A stretch of DNA of 57,657 nt from Octopus bimaculoides. Lineage: Eukaryota. The DNA lies in assembly GCF_001194135.2 (NCBI RefSeq), contig NC_068988.1, forward strand, positions 82,492,982 to 82,550,638, in the 5' to 3' direction. Of this stretch, positions 1 through 12,834 are shown one piece after another; the first letter of the stretch is position 1; every line of letters begins with the position of its first letter. A program made the position numbers and the translations under genes. The notes under the pieces are model-generated. The model worked only from the letters and a program-made list of their open reading frames with translations. It was not told the origin of the DNA and did not search any database.

Positions 1-123
1 ATCATAAGGGTTTTTTCGTTGTAAGGCTTTCTTTTTTAGTTGATTTTCACCTAGCAAGACTTATCGTAGATGGCGTAATAAGTCACATCCGGACAAGGTC
101 GGGTTATACTGCTAGTGTATATA

Positions 124-378
124 TGTGCAGGTGGCACATAAAAGACACCATTTCGAGCGTGGCCATTGCCAGTACCGCCTGACTGGCCTTCATGCGGGTG
201 ACACGTAAAAGCACCCACTACACTCTCTGAGTGGTTGGCGTTAGGAAGGGCATCCAGCTGTAGAAACTCTGCCAAATTAGATTGGAGCCTGGTGTTGCCA
301 TCCAGTTTCACCAGTCCTCAGTCAAATCGTCCAACCCATGCTAGCATGGAAAGCGGACGTTAAACGATGATGATGATA
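124..378 (+). mobile_element. RTE-tail SINE or RTE 3' UTR fragment
   Basis: gagtggttggcgttaggaagggcatccagctgtagaaac...catgctagcatggaaagcggacgttaaacgatgatgatg, ending in a (GAT)n tail. The same tail recurs throughout the window. Confidence 0.75.
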
Positions 379-644
379 CATTGTTGGTTTGGATCATGCC
401 AGATGTCAGTCATGATTATTAGCTCTGCAGCTTCCAGCTTGTGATTGCTAGTGGTTTACATTGAGGGGATATTGATGAAGTAATTACTTAATAAATCAAT
501 TAATAATATTCCCATTTTATTACTCCATTATAAAATCAAGTGATTATTTAAAGATAACAGATATTCAACGACTCCAATCTCAGGAGTAAGTCTAGTCATG
601 TATGGTATGCAGTAAATAAACACAATAAAAGAATGGATAATGTA

Positions 645-1788
645 CAGGGGTTGGACAAAATAATGGAAACACCTAGCATCATAGCATCATAATTTTTAAA
701 TATCTATAAAACTGTCAAAAGCTTGTTTATTTTTATGTTTTTTTTATTTATTATTAGTGTTGCTTAAAATGTTTGGCTAAAATTGCTGTTTCTTTTCAGA
801 TATCATCAGAAAAAGGTAATTAAAATTCATTAAAATGACGGATCTATCGGACTTTCAAAGAGGTCAAATTGTTGGTGCTTGTATGGCAAGCACTAGCATA
901 ACAAAAACAGCTGAAATGTTTGGTGTATCAAGAAGTATTGTCTCGAAAGTAATGACAGCCTTTGAGGAAGATGGAAAAACCTCCTTGTTGAAACAAAAAT
1001 CCAGAAGAAAACCAAAACTTTCAGATAGGGATGTTGGACTCTTACACAAATTGTTAGAAAGGACCACAAAAGTACAGCTCCCAAAATTACTGCAGTGCTT
1101 AAAGACCACCTCGAGAGCCCAATTTCCACAAAAACTGTTTGCTGGGAGCTGCACAAAGCCGGATTTCATGAGAGGGCTGCAATCAGAAAACCACTACTTT
1201 CAAAAACAAACGTTACAAAGCTTTTAGAGTGGAGTAAAAACCTACAGAATTGGTCCCTAGAGCAGTGGAAGCATGTTTTCTCGGACGAGTCATCCTTTAC
1301 CCTATTTCTGAGCACCAGCCAAGTATACGTGTCGAGACAGCCAAAAGAAGCATTTGACCCAGACTGCCTTCTTCCAACTGTTAAACATGGAGGAGGATCA
1401 GTGATGATCTGGGGGGCTATATCTTGGAAATTCGCCAGCCCAATGGTTTCCCTTCATGGCAGAATTAATAGTCAAGACTATTTAAGCATTTTATCTGATC
1501 AAATTCATCCTATGATTGCAGAACTGTTTCCAGAGGGAAATGCAATCTTTCAGGAAGATAATGCACTAATTCACACAGCTAAAGTTGTTATTGAATGGTA
1601 TGAGGTATTATCTGGCCACCACAGTCCTCAGATCTCAATATTATTGAATATTTATGGTGCATTTTAGAAAAACAAGTAAGGAGTCGATATCCTCCACCAT
1701 CATCACTACAAGAACTGGAGACTGTTCTAGCTGAAGAATGGACAAGCACGGAATGGACAAGCACGGAATGTTGCCCGACAATTCAAAG
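645..1788 (+). mobile_element. Tc1-like (DD34E) DNA transposon, decayed and 3'-truncated
   Basis: TA at 643-644, then TIR-like CAGGGGTTGGACAAAATAATGGAAACACC. Frameshifted transposase from 835: MTDLSDFQRGQIVGA..., FSDES, TVKHGGGSVMIWG, FQEDNA, WPPQSPDLNIIE-like. Right TIR not found. Confidence 0.92.
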
Positions 1789-4289
1789 GTAACTGGTGTA
1801 GGCTACAGCTGTGATCTCTCTTTACTTCCTGGGTCTTCTCAATCACAGCAGATCTCCAGAGGTCTCGGTCTTTCGTCATTGCCTCTGTGAGCTCCAACAT
1901 CCAAAGGTCATGCTTCACCACCTCATTCCATGTCTTCCTGGGTCTCCCTTTACCATGGGTTCCTTCCACTGTTAGGGAGTGACACTTCTTCACACAGCTC
2001 TCCTCATCCAAACACAAAACATGACCATACCAGCACAGTTGTCTCTCTTGCACACCACATCTGATTCTTCTTATGCCCAATATTTCTCTGAGAGCGCTTA
2101 CACTCTGTTGTGTGTGCACACTGACATTACACATCCAGCGGATCATACTAGCTTCATTTCTTTCAAGCCTATGCATGTCTTCAGCAGTCATGGTCCATGT
2201 TTCACTGCAGTGTAGCGTGGCAGTTCACACATCTGCATCATACAATCTACCTTTCAGTCTGAGCGAGAAACCCTTTGTCACCAGTAGAGGTAGGAGCTTT
2301 CTGAACTTTGCCCAGGCTATTCTTATTCAAGTGGCAATGCTCTCCAAGCCTCCACCTCCATTACAGACTTGGTCACCTAGGTAGCGGAAGCTATAAACTA
2401 TTTCTAGTTTCTCCCCATGGCATGTGATGGAATCAGTTTTCTGAGCATCTGTGGTGTTTATTGCCCTTGTGCATCTACCACACACAAAAGTTATCTTTCC
2501 AGTTAACCTTCCTTTGATGTTGTTGCACCAATTATGTGTCCATAGCTTACACTGGGTATATCTTATGGAATTTCTACCTACACCTTTTCTACAGATCAAG
2601 CAGGGCCATCTACCTGAAGGGATTTGTGATGTGTTCACTTTCCTACTTACTAGGACTTTGGTTTTTGCAACATTTGACTCTAAGGCCCTTCAATTATAAA
2701 CCTTGCTTCCACACCTGAAATTTCTTCTCTAGTTCTGGAAGGGATTCTGCTATGAGAGCAAGGTCATCAGCATAGAGGAGCTCTAAGGGGCATCCTGTCT
2801 TGAATTTCTCTGTTATTGCCTGCAGGACTATGCTGAATAAAAGGGGGCTGAGTGCTGATCCTTGGTGAACCCCTACTTCTGCCCAGAATTCTTCACTCTA
2901 CTCATTGCCGACCCTTGCCTTACTAACAGCATCCCTGTACAGATCTTGCTAACCGCTCGTCTATCCCCAGTTTCCTCATCACCCACCAGATAAGCAATCG
3001 GGGGACCCTGTAAAAGGCTTTCTCCAAGTCAACAAAAGCCAAGTATAGGAGTTTATCTTTGACTAAGTATTTCTCCTGCAGTTGACATACCAGGAATATA
3101 GCATCAGTGGTGCTTCTACCTGACACAAAATCAAACTGCATCTTATCTAAGCAGACTCTCTCCCTAATTAGTTGGGCTATGACCCTCTCTGTGACCTTCA
3201 TCACCTGATCCAGCAGTTTGATACACCTGTAGTTATTTCTATCTAAAGCATCACTTTTATCTTTGTAGCAGTCGACCCTGGTGCTGCTACACCAGTCATT
3301 GAGTATGACTCCTTCGTGAACTACCTGGTTTACAATACGGTTGACTAGACCATAACCCACACCACCAGATATTTTAAGCATCTCAGTAGTGTTTCTTGAT
3401 GGGCTGGGGGCTTTTCTTGACTTCATATCCTTAATTGCTTTATCTATCAGGGTGCTATCAATTCAGGTAGCTGGTCCCTCTACTGAATCAACATTTGGCA
3501 GGCTCTCCTCCTCCCATTCATTCTCCACATTCAGCAACTGTTCATAATGGCTTCTTCAAGCCTCTTTCTTTGCAGAATCAGTAAAAGCAAGTGCACCATC
3601 ATCCATGTGGACACATTTCTCTTCTGTAACATCACAATTTTCTCTCCCACACTGTCTTGCAATCCAAAATACTTCAGTTCTCTGGTCCTCATGTTGCTGA
3701 ACATTGGCAAACTTCTTCTTCTTTTTCTGCTTCTCCCTTGGTTAAGTAGACCTGTCTCCCAGCCTCCCTTCTGGCTATCTGGTACAGTTCCCTGCTATCC
3801 TCACCCTTCCAGGCTTTCCAGGCCTGTTTCTTTGCTCTAATAGCCTTGTCTACTGCATTATTCCACCACTCTAGGTCTGGAAGAGACTTTGCACCAGCCA
3901 CAGATTTGGTCTGTGGTGCTCAGTAAGCTGTCCTATAGGAATTTCCAGTTACCCTCTATGTCCAAAGTCTGTAGCTCCTCCTCCCACTTATCAAATTTCT
4001 CAATGAAGATGTCCCTAAATCTCTGACCATGTAAAGGGTTCTTTAGCTTCCAAATCCTTCTTTTCTAGATTGGTCTGCTTCTTGGCATCCTTCTTGCTTC
4101 AAGTCTAAAGTCACTAATGACTAGTCTATGCTGGGGGGTACATTCTTCACCAGGGAGGGTCTTTGTATTTAAGAGCAACCTTGCATCCCGCTGCCTGGTG
4201 AGGATGAAATCAATCTGGCTAGCAGAGTCACCTGATTGATAGGTTATCTGGTGGCTGTCTGGCTTCCTGAAGTTAGTGTTGCAGATTAA
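1789..4289 (-). mobile_element. RTE-clade LINE, RT and C-terminal part (disrupted)
   Basis: ORF pieces 1727-2191, 2327-2638, 2923-3426 and 3689-3901 give RT motifs (YRCIKLLDQVMKV, QFDFVSGRSTTDAIF, LAFVDLEKAFYRVPR) and the RTE C-terminus (WYGHV...GRPRKTWNEVV). Confidence 0.93.
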
Positions 4290-4291
4290 TA

Positions 4292-5198
4292 TTGGGTTGG
4301 CAACTAAGTTCCTGCCATTTTTTTAAATTTTGGAATTTATTGCGTTTTTCAATTTTGGAATTTATTTTGGGTTTTTTTCCTAGTTAATTTTAGTTAATTT
4401 TTGTTTATTTTCAGATCATTAAAATGGAATGTCAAGTTACGAAAAACAAGCATTTTCAGCACCTCCTTCTTTTGCTTTTAATCAAAGTTCTAAGGCCACA
4501 AAAGCTGCTCGNNNNNNNNNNNNNNNNNNNNNNNNNNNNNNNNNNNNNNNNNNNNNNNNNNNNNNNNNNNNNNNNNNNNNNNNNNNNNNNNNNNNNNNNN
4601 NNNNNNNNNNNNNNNNNNNNNNNNNNNNNNNNNNNNNNNNNNNNNNNNNNNNNNNNNNNNNNNNNNNNNNNNNNNNNNNNNNNNNNNNNNNNNNNNNNNN
4701 NNNNNNNNNNNNNNNNNNNNNNNNNNNNNNNNNNNNNNNNNNNNNNNNNNNNNNNNNNNNNNNNNNNNNNNNNNNNNNNNNNNNNNNNNNNNNNNNNNNN
4801 NNNNNNNNNNNNNNNNNNNNNNNNNNNNNNNNNNNNNNNNNNNNNNNNNNNNNNNNNNNNNNNNNNNNNNNNNNNNNNNNNNNNNNNNNNNNNNNNNNNN
4901 NNNNNNNNNNNNNNNNNNNNNNNNNNNNNNNGATTCCACCTCTTTCGATCTCTTTCAAATGCTATGCACGGAGTTTCGTTCAATACTGATGCAGAATTGA
5001 GAGCTTGGTTGGATCAATTTTTTGAGTCGAAATCGGGTAATTTCTGCCAACGAGGTATTGAAAATCTTGTTGAACATTGGGAAGAAGTTGTAAATAACAA
5101 GGGTGAATACATTATTGATTAATTAGTTGCTATTTTTTATTAAACCTTTTAAAAAATTTAAATTTTAAAAATAAGCGGGAACTTAGTTGCCAACCAAA
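4292..5198 (+). mobile_element. mariner (DD34D-type) transposon inserted in the RTE LINE
   Basis: TA duplication (4290-4291, 5199-5200). TIRs ttgggttggcaactaagttcc and ggaacttagttgccaaccaaa. N-terminus MECQVTKNKHFQH, C-terminus FHLFRSLSNAM...WEEVVNNKGEYIID*. The middle is an N gap. Confidence 0.92.
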
Positions 5199-5200
5199 TA

Positions 5201-5830
5201 GTTTGCATGCATCACGGAACTCCAGTAGCCTAGTTCCCTCTTCGTTTCAGGAACCAATTCCATGGCCCCCGTGAACACCATAGAAGATACAGGATTGCCA
5301 TCCAACATGTCCATTAAAATCTCCAGTCACAAAGATGAAGTCATTGCCACTCGTCTGGTCATTTGGTAGGCCCGCTTGTGGGGCATAGGCAGAGATAATT
5401 GTAACTATACTATTCTGCAGGACTAGCCTGAGCTTAAGTACTCTATTGCATATCCTGGCAACATCTTTGACCTTATCCACCCATTTCTCTGCAAGGAGTA
5501 TGCCTACAACCTCTACACCCTCGCTGTTACTTTTACAGAAGATTTTATACCTATGTGCCTTGCCTGTGAGGACCCTAGCTGAAGCTCCTCTCCACCTTAC
5601 CTCTTGTATGCAGCATACATCAACACATCTCCGATCAAGCATCTCTAAAATCTCACTAGACCTACCTTTCAGTGTGCCTACATTGAAAGTACCAACTCTA
5701 AAAACTGGGAAAGGAATGTGGGAGGTGGCATGTGGAGGAGAGATGCTATTCAGTGCCTGAAAAGAAGGTTTCCATGTTCATTTGATAGACATGCTACACC
5801 TGTTCTCACTTTCGACCTGACATCATTCAA
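5201..5830 (-). mobile_element. RTE LINE, apurinic endonuclease segment (same copy as 1789-4289)
   Basis: Encodes MLDRRCVDVCCIQEVRWRG...ISAYAPQ...GDFNGHVG. The frame is restored across the mariner when one TA is removed (EFRDACKLLICNTNFRKP). Confidence 0.9.
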
Positions 5831-8800
5831 ACATTCCAGCGTGTTAAGATATATATATATATATANNNNNNNNNNNNNNNNNNNNNNNNNNNNNNNNNNN
5901 NNNNNNNNNNNNNNNNNNNNNNNNNNNNNNNNNNNNNNNNNNNNNNNNNNNNNNNNNNNNNNNNNNNNNNNNNNNNNNNNNNNNNNNNNNNNNNNNNNNN
6001 NNNNNNNNNNNNNNNNNNNNNNNNNNNNNNNNNNNNNNNNNNNNNNNNNNNNNNNNNNNNNNNNNNNNNNNNNNNNNNNNNNNNNNNNNNNNNNNNNNNN
6101 NNNNNNNNNNNNNNNNNNNNNNNNNNNNNNNNNNNNNNNNNNNNNNNNNNNNNNNNNNNNNNNNNNNNNNNNNNNNNNNNNNNNNNNNNNNNNNNNNNNN
6201 NNNNNNNNNNNNNNNNNNNNNNNNNNNNNNNNNNNNNNNNNNNNNNNNNNNNNNNNNNNNNNNNNNNNNNNNNNNNNNNNNNNCTTTCTAGAATATCCCA
6301 GCTATTGGAACATCATGTGAAACAAGGATTTCAAAGGCTGAGTATTCCACCATTGGAGAGAGACAGGTTAAACATATGTAACAGTGGAATAAAAAAAGAA
6401 CATTCCTTATCAATAATAGTCATTGTGGTTCATTACGTATAGAAAGGGAGGAGAAATCAAATTAAAACCAAGGAAAATTTCCAGCATTCCCTCATTCAAC
6501 AATGAGAACTCAGTAGTTTGATCACACTGTTTGTTTTGTCTTTTCTGTTTTAATCTATCTATCTGTGCGCGCATGCATGTGTGTATGTGTGTGTGTGATT
6601 GTATAAGTATAATTAAAGGTATTCCAATCATAGTCATTGCATTTTCTTGTCCATCAGTTACTGCATTATTCAAAGTATTCATTCTTTATTCAAGGTGCCA
6701 GAGTGTGAGTTGAAGGAGATTTAACTGTTATTTACAGTAGTTTGATAAACAGGAAAAGATATCTTCATAGGCTTATGTCAAATCCAATATTTTTCTTTGG
6801 TAAAGACAAAGCCACTGCCTTTTGTATTAAGAATGTAAACATCTGTTACTGATGTAAACATTTTCTTACAACAGAATTAAACAATCTCCAAGAGCTCATA
6901 CGATTAAGTTTACCATGAGTTTCTATCATACTACTTCTGAAATTTATTCAGTCCATTTCAGCGTACTATCCTGTAGTTACTAAGTGTTGTAGTGTAAATA
7001 GTATTAGACCAACAAATTTATCAATTTGACAGCTTATTTACATTTCTTAATGGCTTGTTTAACTCATATATGAACATACATGTTTGTATACACACACACA
7101 CACACACACACACGCACGCACACACATATACGCACATGTACATACCTGCATAAATACAAACACACACACACACACGCACACACATATACGCACATGTACA
7201 TACCTGCATAAATACAAACACACACACACACACATATATATCCAGACACACATGTACAAGGGCAAAGCATTCTGATAAATATAAAAATGTATTTGTAATT
7301 TGTTGATGAAATCATTTAAAGGTAAATCTTTCACTTCATTCTTTGAAATGCAATTCAGGTAGGATGCCAGTGCAACTAAGATAAATATAGATATTTCAGC
7401 CAGGCATAAATACCAGTTATTACCTACTCACGTGTAACATAATAATAAAAATGATTTTTTTTCCTACATAGCTTCATATGAGTCTAAATGAACTATCAGG
7501 TGTGTTTATTTTAATGGCCTATCAATGTATACAGAGTTTCTTTATCCTAGGGGTTGGGGAGACACTCAGCAAGAAATGGAAACAAAACTCATAATAATAA
7601 TATATTCTTCTGCCATTGCAATTTGTTTCAAGAAAATAAAAGTTATAAGAAAACTCACCTAAATCTATAATATTCTCTTAGGATTTGTATTTATTTATAT
7701 TGCAGCTTGTGAACAATAGCAACAATGGTTTCATGTCTGCAACAGACCAATCACAGATTTTCTATATTCAGAAGCAGAGAGAGAGAGAGACAAAAGAGTG
7801 TCTGTGCAACTTGGGATCAAACAAATATCCCATGGGGTTTCATTCATAAAACGCTGGCTTTGGCTTTTTCTTGTTGCCATTAATAACCTGCATCGATATT
7901 TCTTACCAATGCACTATCACACACACACACACACGCACATATATGCATGTGTGTGTGTATGGTAGTGATGATGAGGAAAATTTCTATCATTCCACCATTC
8001 AACAATGAGAACTAAGTTGTTTGATCAACTGAATTATCTGCCCTTGAATTAATATCTAGGTGGTTATGTATTCCACAGACATGTGTACCTTTAATGTACT
8101 TCTCAGGTGGACTCAGAATGTGACAAGGCTGTACATTTTGAATTACATATATAATTCATCCAATGAGGTTCTATACAATTTCTACTTTCCAGTTTCACTC
8201 GCCAAGTATGGGATGATCCAAAGCTACAGAAGATGATATTTGCCTAAGATGCCAAGCAGAGGAGCCAAAGCTAGGACCTCATGGTTGTAAAGCAAACATC
8301 TTGACCATTTGGCCGTACTGCTCCTGCATGCATACATAACACACACACACACGTATACGATAAGCTTCTGCCCACTATCTGATTCCCAAATTCCACACCC
8401 ACAAGGTATTGGTCAACCCATGGATATTGTACAGGACATTTTACTTAAGTGCTGTGCAATAGAATTGAATTCACAAGTATATGGTTCCATAGCAAACTCA
8501 TGTAACACTTTAGTTCTGATGATTTTCATCAAACTATAGTTGTATTAGGGTGAGCAAAAAGTAAGCAATGCTTTGAACCATGAAGAATTTGTAGCAGATT
8601 TTTGCAGAGTTTAAAATTTTTTAAATATCTTTTTGAAATTGTCTGATAATACAGACATAGACTTGCCCAAATGCATCTGATGGTGTGTGTGTGCATTCAG
8701 TATGATATACAGTTGGTTATGCAGCAAAATATTATACAAACTAATAAAGTCAAAATAATATTTCAGTCAAAGCTGGATGAAATTTCATCCATTGTGACTG

Positions 8801-9120
8801 ATTACTTTAAAACAATGGCAGAGCCTCTATATAGTTACTTGACTTGCTAGAAGTAGAAACCAAAATTTCCTCAAATTGCACCCTACTTTCTGTTAAATGG
8901 AAGGTCACATTCAACATACTTCTAAAATAACATATAATCATAGCTGGAAACCCTTTAATCATAGATTTATTGAAGCAAGGCTGACCAAAGGTTTAACAAG
9001 AAAAACTATATAACAAGCAAACAAAGCAACCCCTATCAGAGTCATCAACCTGCATCAACAGCAACCACACCCCAGCGTTTATAAAATGCTGGGATGGTCA
9101 TTGTTTGAACACCTTTTATT

Positions 9121-9585
9121 ATTAGTCTGACCTGGGAATAAACAATTCTAAAATGACATTTGTCTGATAGCAGCAACTTTTAATCATTAGTCTGCTGAAT
9201 CAAGAATATTTTTAATCATTAGTCTTCTCAATCAAGAACACCCTTAATCATTAGTCAGTTCAAATCAGGAAAACCTTTAATCATTAGTCTGCTCAATCAA
9301 GAACTCCTTTAATCATTAGTCTGCTCAATCAGGACTGACCTTGGGCTAAACAGTTTTAAATTGACATTTGTCTGATAGCTACAGCCTTTAATCATCATCC
9401 TGTTCAATCAGGAACTCTAAAAATCATTAGTCTGCTCAACCAAGAAAACCTTTAATCATTAGTCTGCTTAGCTAGGAACACTTTCAATCATTAGTGTGGT
9501 CAGTCAAGAACAGCTTTAACCATTAGTCTGCTCAATCAGGACTGACCTGTGGCTAAACAATTTTGAGACAACATTTGCCTGATAA
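9121..9585. repeat. Higher-order minisatellite: five 32-bp units plus a 47-bp linker, period about 208 bp, about 2.3 copies
   Basis: The AATCATT core (variants AATCATC, AACCATT) starts at 9182, 9214, 9246, 9279, 9311, 9390, 9422, 9454, 9486 and 9518. Linker CTGACC...ACATTTG starts at 9127, 9335 and 9542. Confidence 0.9.
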
Positions 9586-9739
9586 ATTTGAACATATTTA
9601 AATAGGATCAGCAGACATTCTTAAATACATGTCAGTATTTGACTCACAGATTAACAACACTTGAGTGTTGTGTCACTGCACGTGAACAGGTGAACTAAAG
9701 GTGGTCAGTCACACACCAATGTCTGTCTCATCTAGGTTG

Positions 9740-9741
<2 letters not shown>

Positions 9742-9795
<54 letters not shown>
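9742..9795. repeat. (TG)n microsatellite
   Basis: Direct reading. Confidence 0.95.
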
Positions 9796-9799
<4 letters not shown>

Positions 9800-10425
9800 T
9801 GCATGTGTGTTTGTTTCCATTAGATATACAAGAGGCAGCAAAAGCAGAGATAATGTCAGACAAGAAAATGAACAGAAACTGCTATTGAATAACAGAGAAA
9901 GCAAGGAAGGAAAGAAGGAAGGAGAAGGAGGTGGGATGACTTTGAAGTGAATGACATAAAAATGGAAAGAGAGAACGAGAGAAGGAGAATCATGTATCAA
10001 ATTTTAATGGTTTCTTCATCCTGTATGTCTTTTGCAATAATTTCTATTTTAATACCATTTACTAAAATAGAGATTTTTTTCTTTTTCCACCGAGACACAT
10101 ATTAGTTGTTGTTGTAGTTGTTGTTTAACTCCGAGTCAGCTCTGATCAACCCCATCTGTTTAAGCATATCTCTTTTTTTTTTTTATCTTTTTACTTGTTT
10201 CAGTCATTAGACTGTGGCCATGCTGGAAGAATTTTAGTCGAACAAACTGACCCCAGGATTATTTTGTAAAGCCTGGTACTTATTCTATCATTCTCTTTTG
10301 CCAAACCACTAAGTGATGGCAATGTAAACACAATGGCACCAGTTGTCAAGTAGTGATGAGAGACAAACACATATACAAAGGCATACATACGCACACATGT
10401 ATATATATATATATATATATATATA

Positions 10426-10470
10426 CTAGCTGGTGTACCCGGTAATTCCCGGGGGTAAAGATGTTCTATT
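10426..10470 (-). mobile_element. Helitron 3' terminus, same family as 53304
   Basis: Minus strand cccgg-aatta-ccggg hairpin (10452-10438), 8 nt upstream of CTAG|T, running into (TA)n. The 5' end was not located. Confidence 0.7.
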
Positions 10471-11504
10471 GAAATCCTATCAAGGTCAACTATGCTTTTC
10501 ATGTTTTTTGGGTAGCTAAAATAAAGTACCAGTCAAGTTCTAAGGTTGGTGGTATTGACTAATGCTTTCTCTCAAAACTGTTGCCCTTGAACATAAATCA
10601 GAAACCATTATTTGAAATGTGTTCTTTCTTCCCTAGGATGGTAGCATGTAATTTTAGGGGTATTTAGTTGCAATTTCTAGCAGGTTGAATGACTACATAG
10701 AGGCTCTTTCTTTGTAAAATAGTAGTATGTGGTGTTTTGAGTGGGGTGATCCTCTTACTAATTGGAGCTGTGTCCATAGCCTGCATAGATTGGTGATCTC
10801 AATGCAGTTGATGTTAAATAAAATATGGTGAGGGAGAGAATTCCTAAAGAAGAAGGCTTGGATACAGTGGTTGGAGTAGAGGATACAATATAAGTCAAGG
10901 GGAATAAAGGATTGGGTACAGGGGTTAGTGGAGGAGACACATTATAAGATACAAAGGGCATAAAGATGAAGGGGTCAAGACTGCCTGAATGAAAGTGACA
11001 CAAGATCAATGAACACTGATGAAAAGAAGTCACTAAAGTAGCACTAGAAGAGAAAATGTAAGAAGATTGTACATCTGTGTGCCCAAAGAATGGAGTGTGT
11101 TCATGAAAGATTTCATGCCAAACAATTCAGTGGCTTTTTTTTTTAAGGGGATTGGTTGCTTTTTCTGTCAATTTAATAGTTCAAGTACTGATTGGATTTG
11201 ATTTTATCAGCTCAAGAGGACTTGAAGAGTAAAGATGATCTCTGTGTGATTTGTAAGGTATTCAGCCAACACATGAAAAAAAGAATTTTATTGAGGAGAC
11301 AGAAAATTGAATATTATCAGATTATTTGAACCTTTAAAAAATGTGTATATCCCTAACATCTTACTTCTTGTTACTTTGTAGAAAATCAAATGTCTATTAG
11401 TACACCAAATTATCTTGTTGCAGTTTAGTTCCATTTATGGTTTTAGCTTTTTAGCAAAAACAAAAATTAACAACTATATAATCAAAATATTAAATTAATC
11501 CATC

Positions 11505-11700
11505 ATGTGTCATCATCATCATCATCATCACCATTTAATGTCTGTTTTCCAAACTGGCATGAGTTGGATGGCTTGACAGGAACTTGGTTTCTATGGCTAG
11601 ATGCCTTTCCTAATGCCAACCACTCCACAGAATGTACTGGGTGCTTTTTACATGGCACCATCATGAGCGCTTTTTATATGGCACCAGCACCAGTGCTTTT
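11505..11700 (-). mobile_element. RTE-tail SINE fragment
   Basis: (CAT)n followed by the reverse complement of the shared tail (tggcatgagttggatgg...ggctagatgcctttcctaatgccaacc). Confidence 0.7.
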
Positions 11701-12630
11701 TTACGTGGAATCAACACCCACACCAATGCTTTTTACATGCTTATTTTATTGACACCAAGGTGTAAGTTAACCTCAGTGAGATTTAAAATCAGAATGGAGT
11801 GAAGTAAAGTAAAATACCATAAGTTTAGTCTAGTCTATGCAGAAATGAAAGCCTAACAGGTCTGACTATATAATGGTTCCTAATTTAGGTAGAATACCAG
11901 CAGGCTTAAGAGGAAGGAGTTAGTTGATGCTATTGACCCATGTACTTTGATTTTATAGACCTGGGAAGAAGAACAGCAAAGTAGACCTTGGTAGGATTTG
12001 AACTCAAAATGCAGAAGAAAATATTGCAAGATATTTTTTCTAAGGCTCTAACAATGCTATCAGCTCACCACTTTGATAGGTCTAACTATATTAGAAAAGC
12101 CTTATAGAAGTTGTTCTTTTTTGTTTGTTCTAGTTTCTTTCAAGTGGAATAACAAGTAACAGGTTATTAGTTAGGATAGAGCCCAGCAGAGTAACAAGTA
12201 TCTTTTCAAAAAGGTCAAAATAGTAGCTGTAACAAAATTTGAACTCATGCCTGTGACCAGCAGACTAACAAGTTAATTTTACAACCACTAAAAAAATGTG
12301 CTTTCAAACAATAAATGTTTAGGTGGTTTCAATTTTTTAAATTGAAACAGTGGAATGAAAAGAACCAGGGACGGACTACCTCAGCAAAAAATATACAAAC
12401 CTTATAATGAAATATGCTACTTCAATAGTTATGTCTCTAGTGAAAGGTTAAAACTTTTCTTCCTCACAACAAAATAATTTAATCTTGTAATGTTCATTTC
12501 CAGTTTGACATTTCTAGGCTAAACTAACCTAAAAATAGCATTAAAAAAAAAATTATTGTTAGTTGGAGGATTATTGTCTGTTTGTTAGAATGTCTGTAAT
12601 TTTTTGTGGTAGGCAACAAAAGATGGCAAC

Positions 12631-12834
12631 ATCTATGGACCTCTGTCGGCATTTCTAGTGGTAAAAAGGAGAAGACCAGCAGTGTCCATGGCCACTGTAA
12701 GCATTTCTGGTAGACACAGAGAAGATAAGGAGTGCCTATGGTCATTTGTAGGCGTTCCTAATGGGCACAGTAGGGAGGATCAACAGAGCCTATAGCTCCT
12801 GTAGGCATTCCTAGTGGACACAAAGTGATCAGTA
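12631..12834. repeat. Degenerate 50-54-bp tandem repeat, about 4 copies
   Basis: Units start at 12631, 12684, 12734 and 12788. Shared pattern (G)CCTATGG....GTAGGCATTYCTAGTGGACACA...GA.CA. Confidence 0.7.

Noticed and set aside
8543-8830. TA plus mariner-like TIR start ttagggtgagcaaaaagtaa
   Set aside because: No matching right end or coding remnant found, so the element could not be delimited.
10760-11100. Purine-rich stretch resembling a decayed LINE
   Set aside because: No diagnostic motif recovered in any frame.
9121-12834. CRISPR interpretation of the 32-bp and 50-54-bp arrays
   Set aside because: Inter-repeat segments are short and related to each other, there are no cas genes, and the context is eukaryotic.
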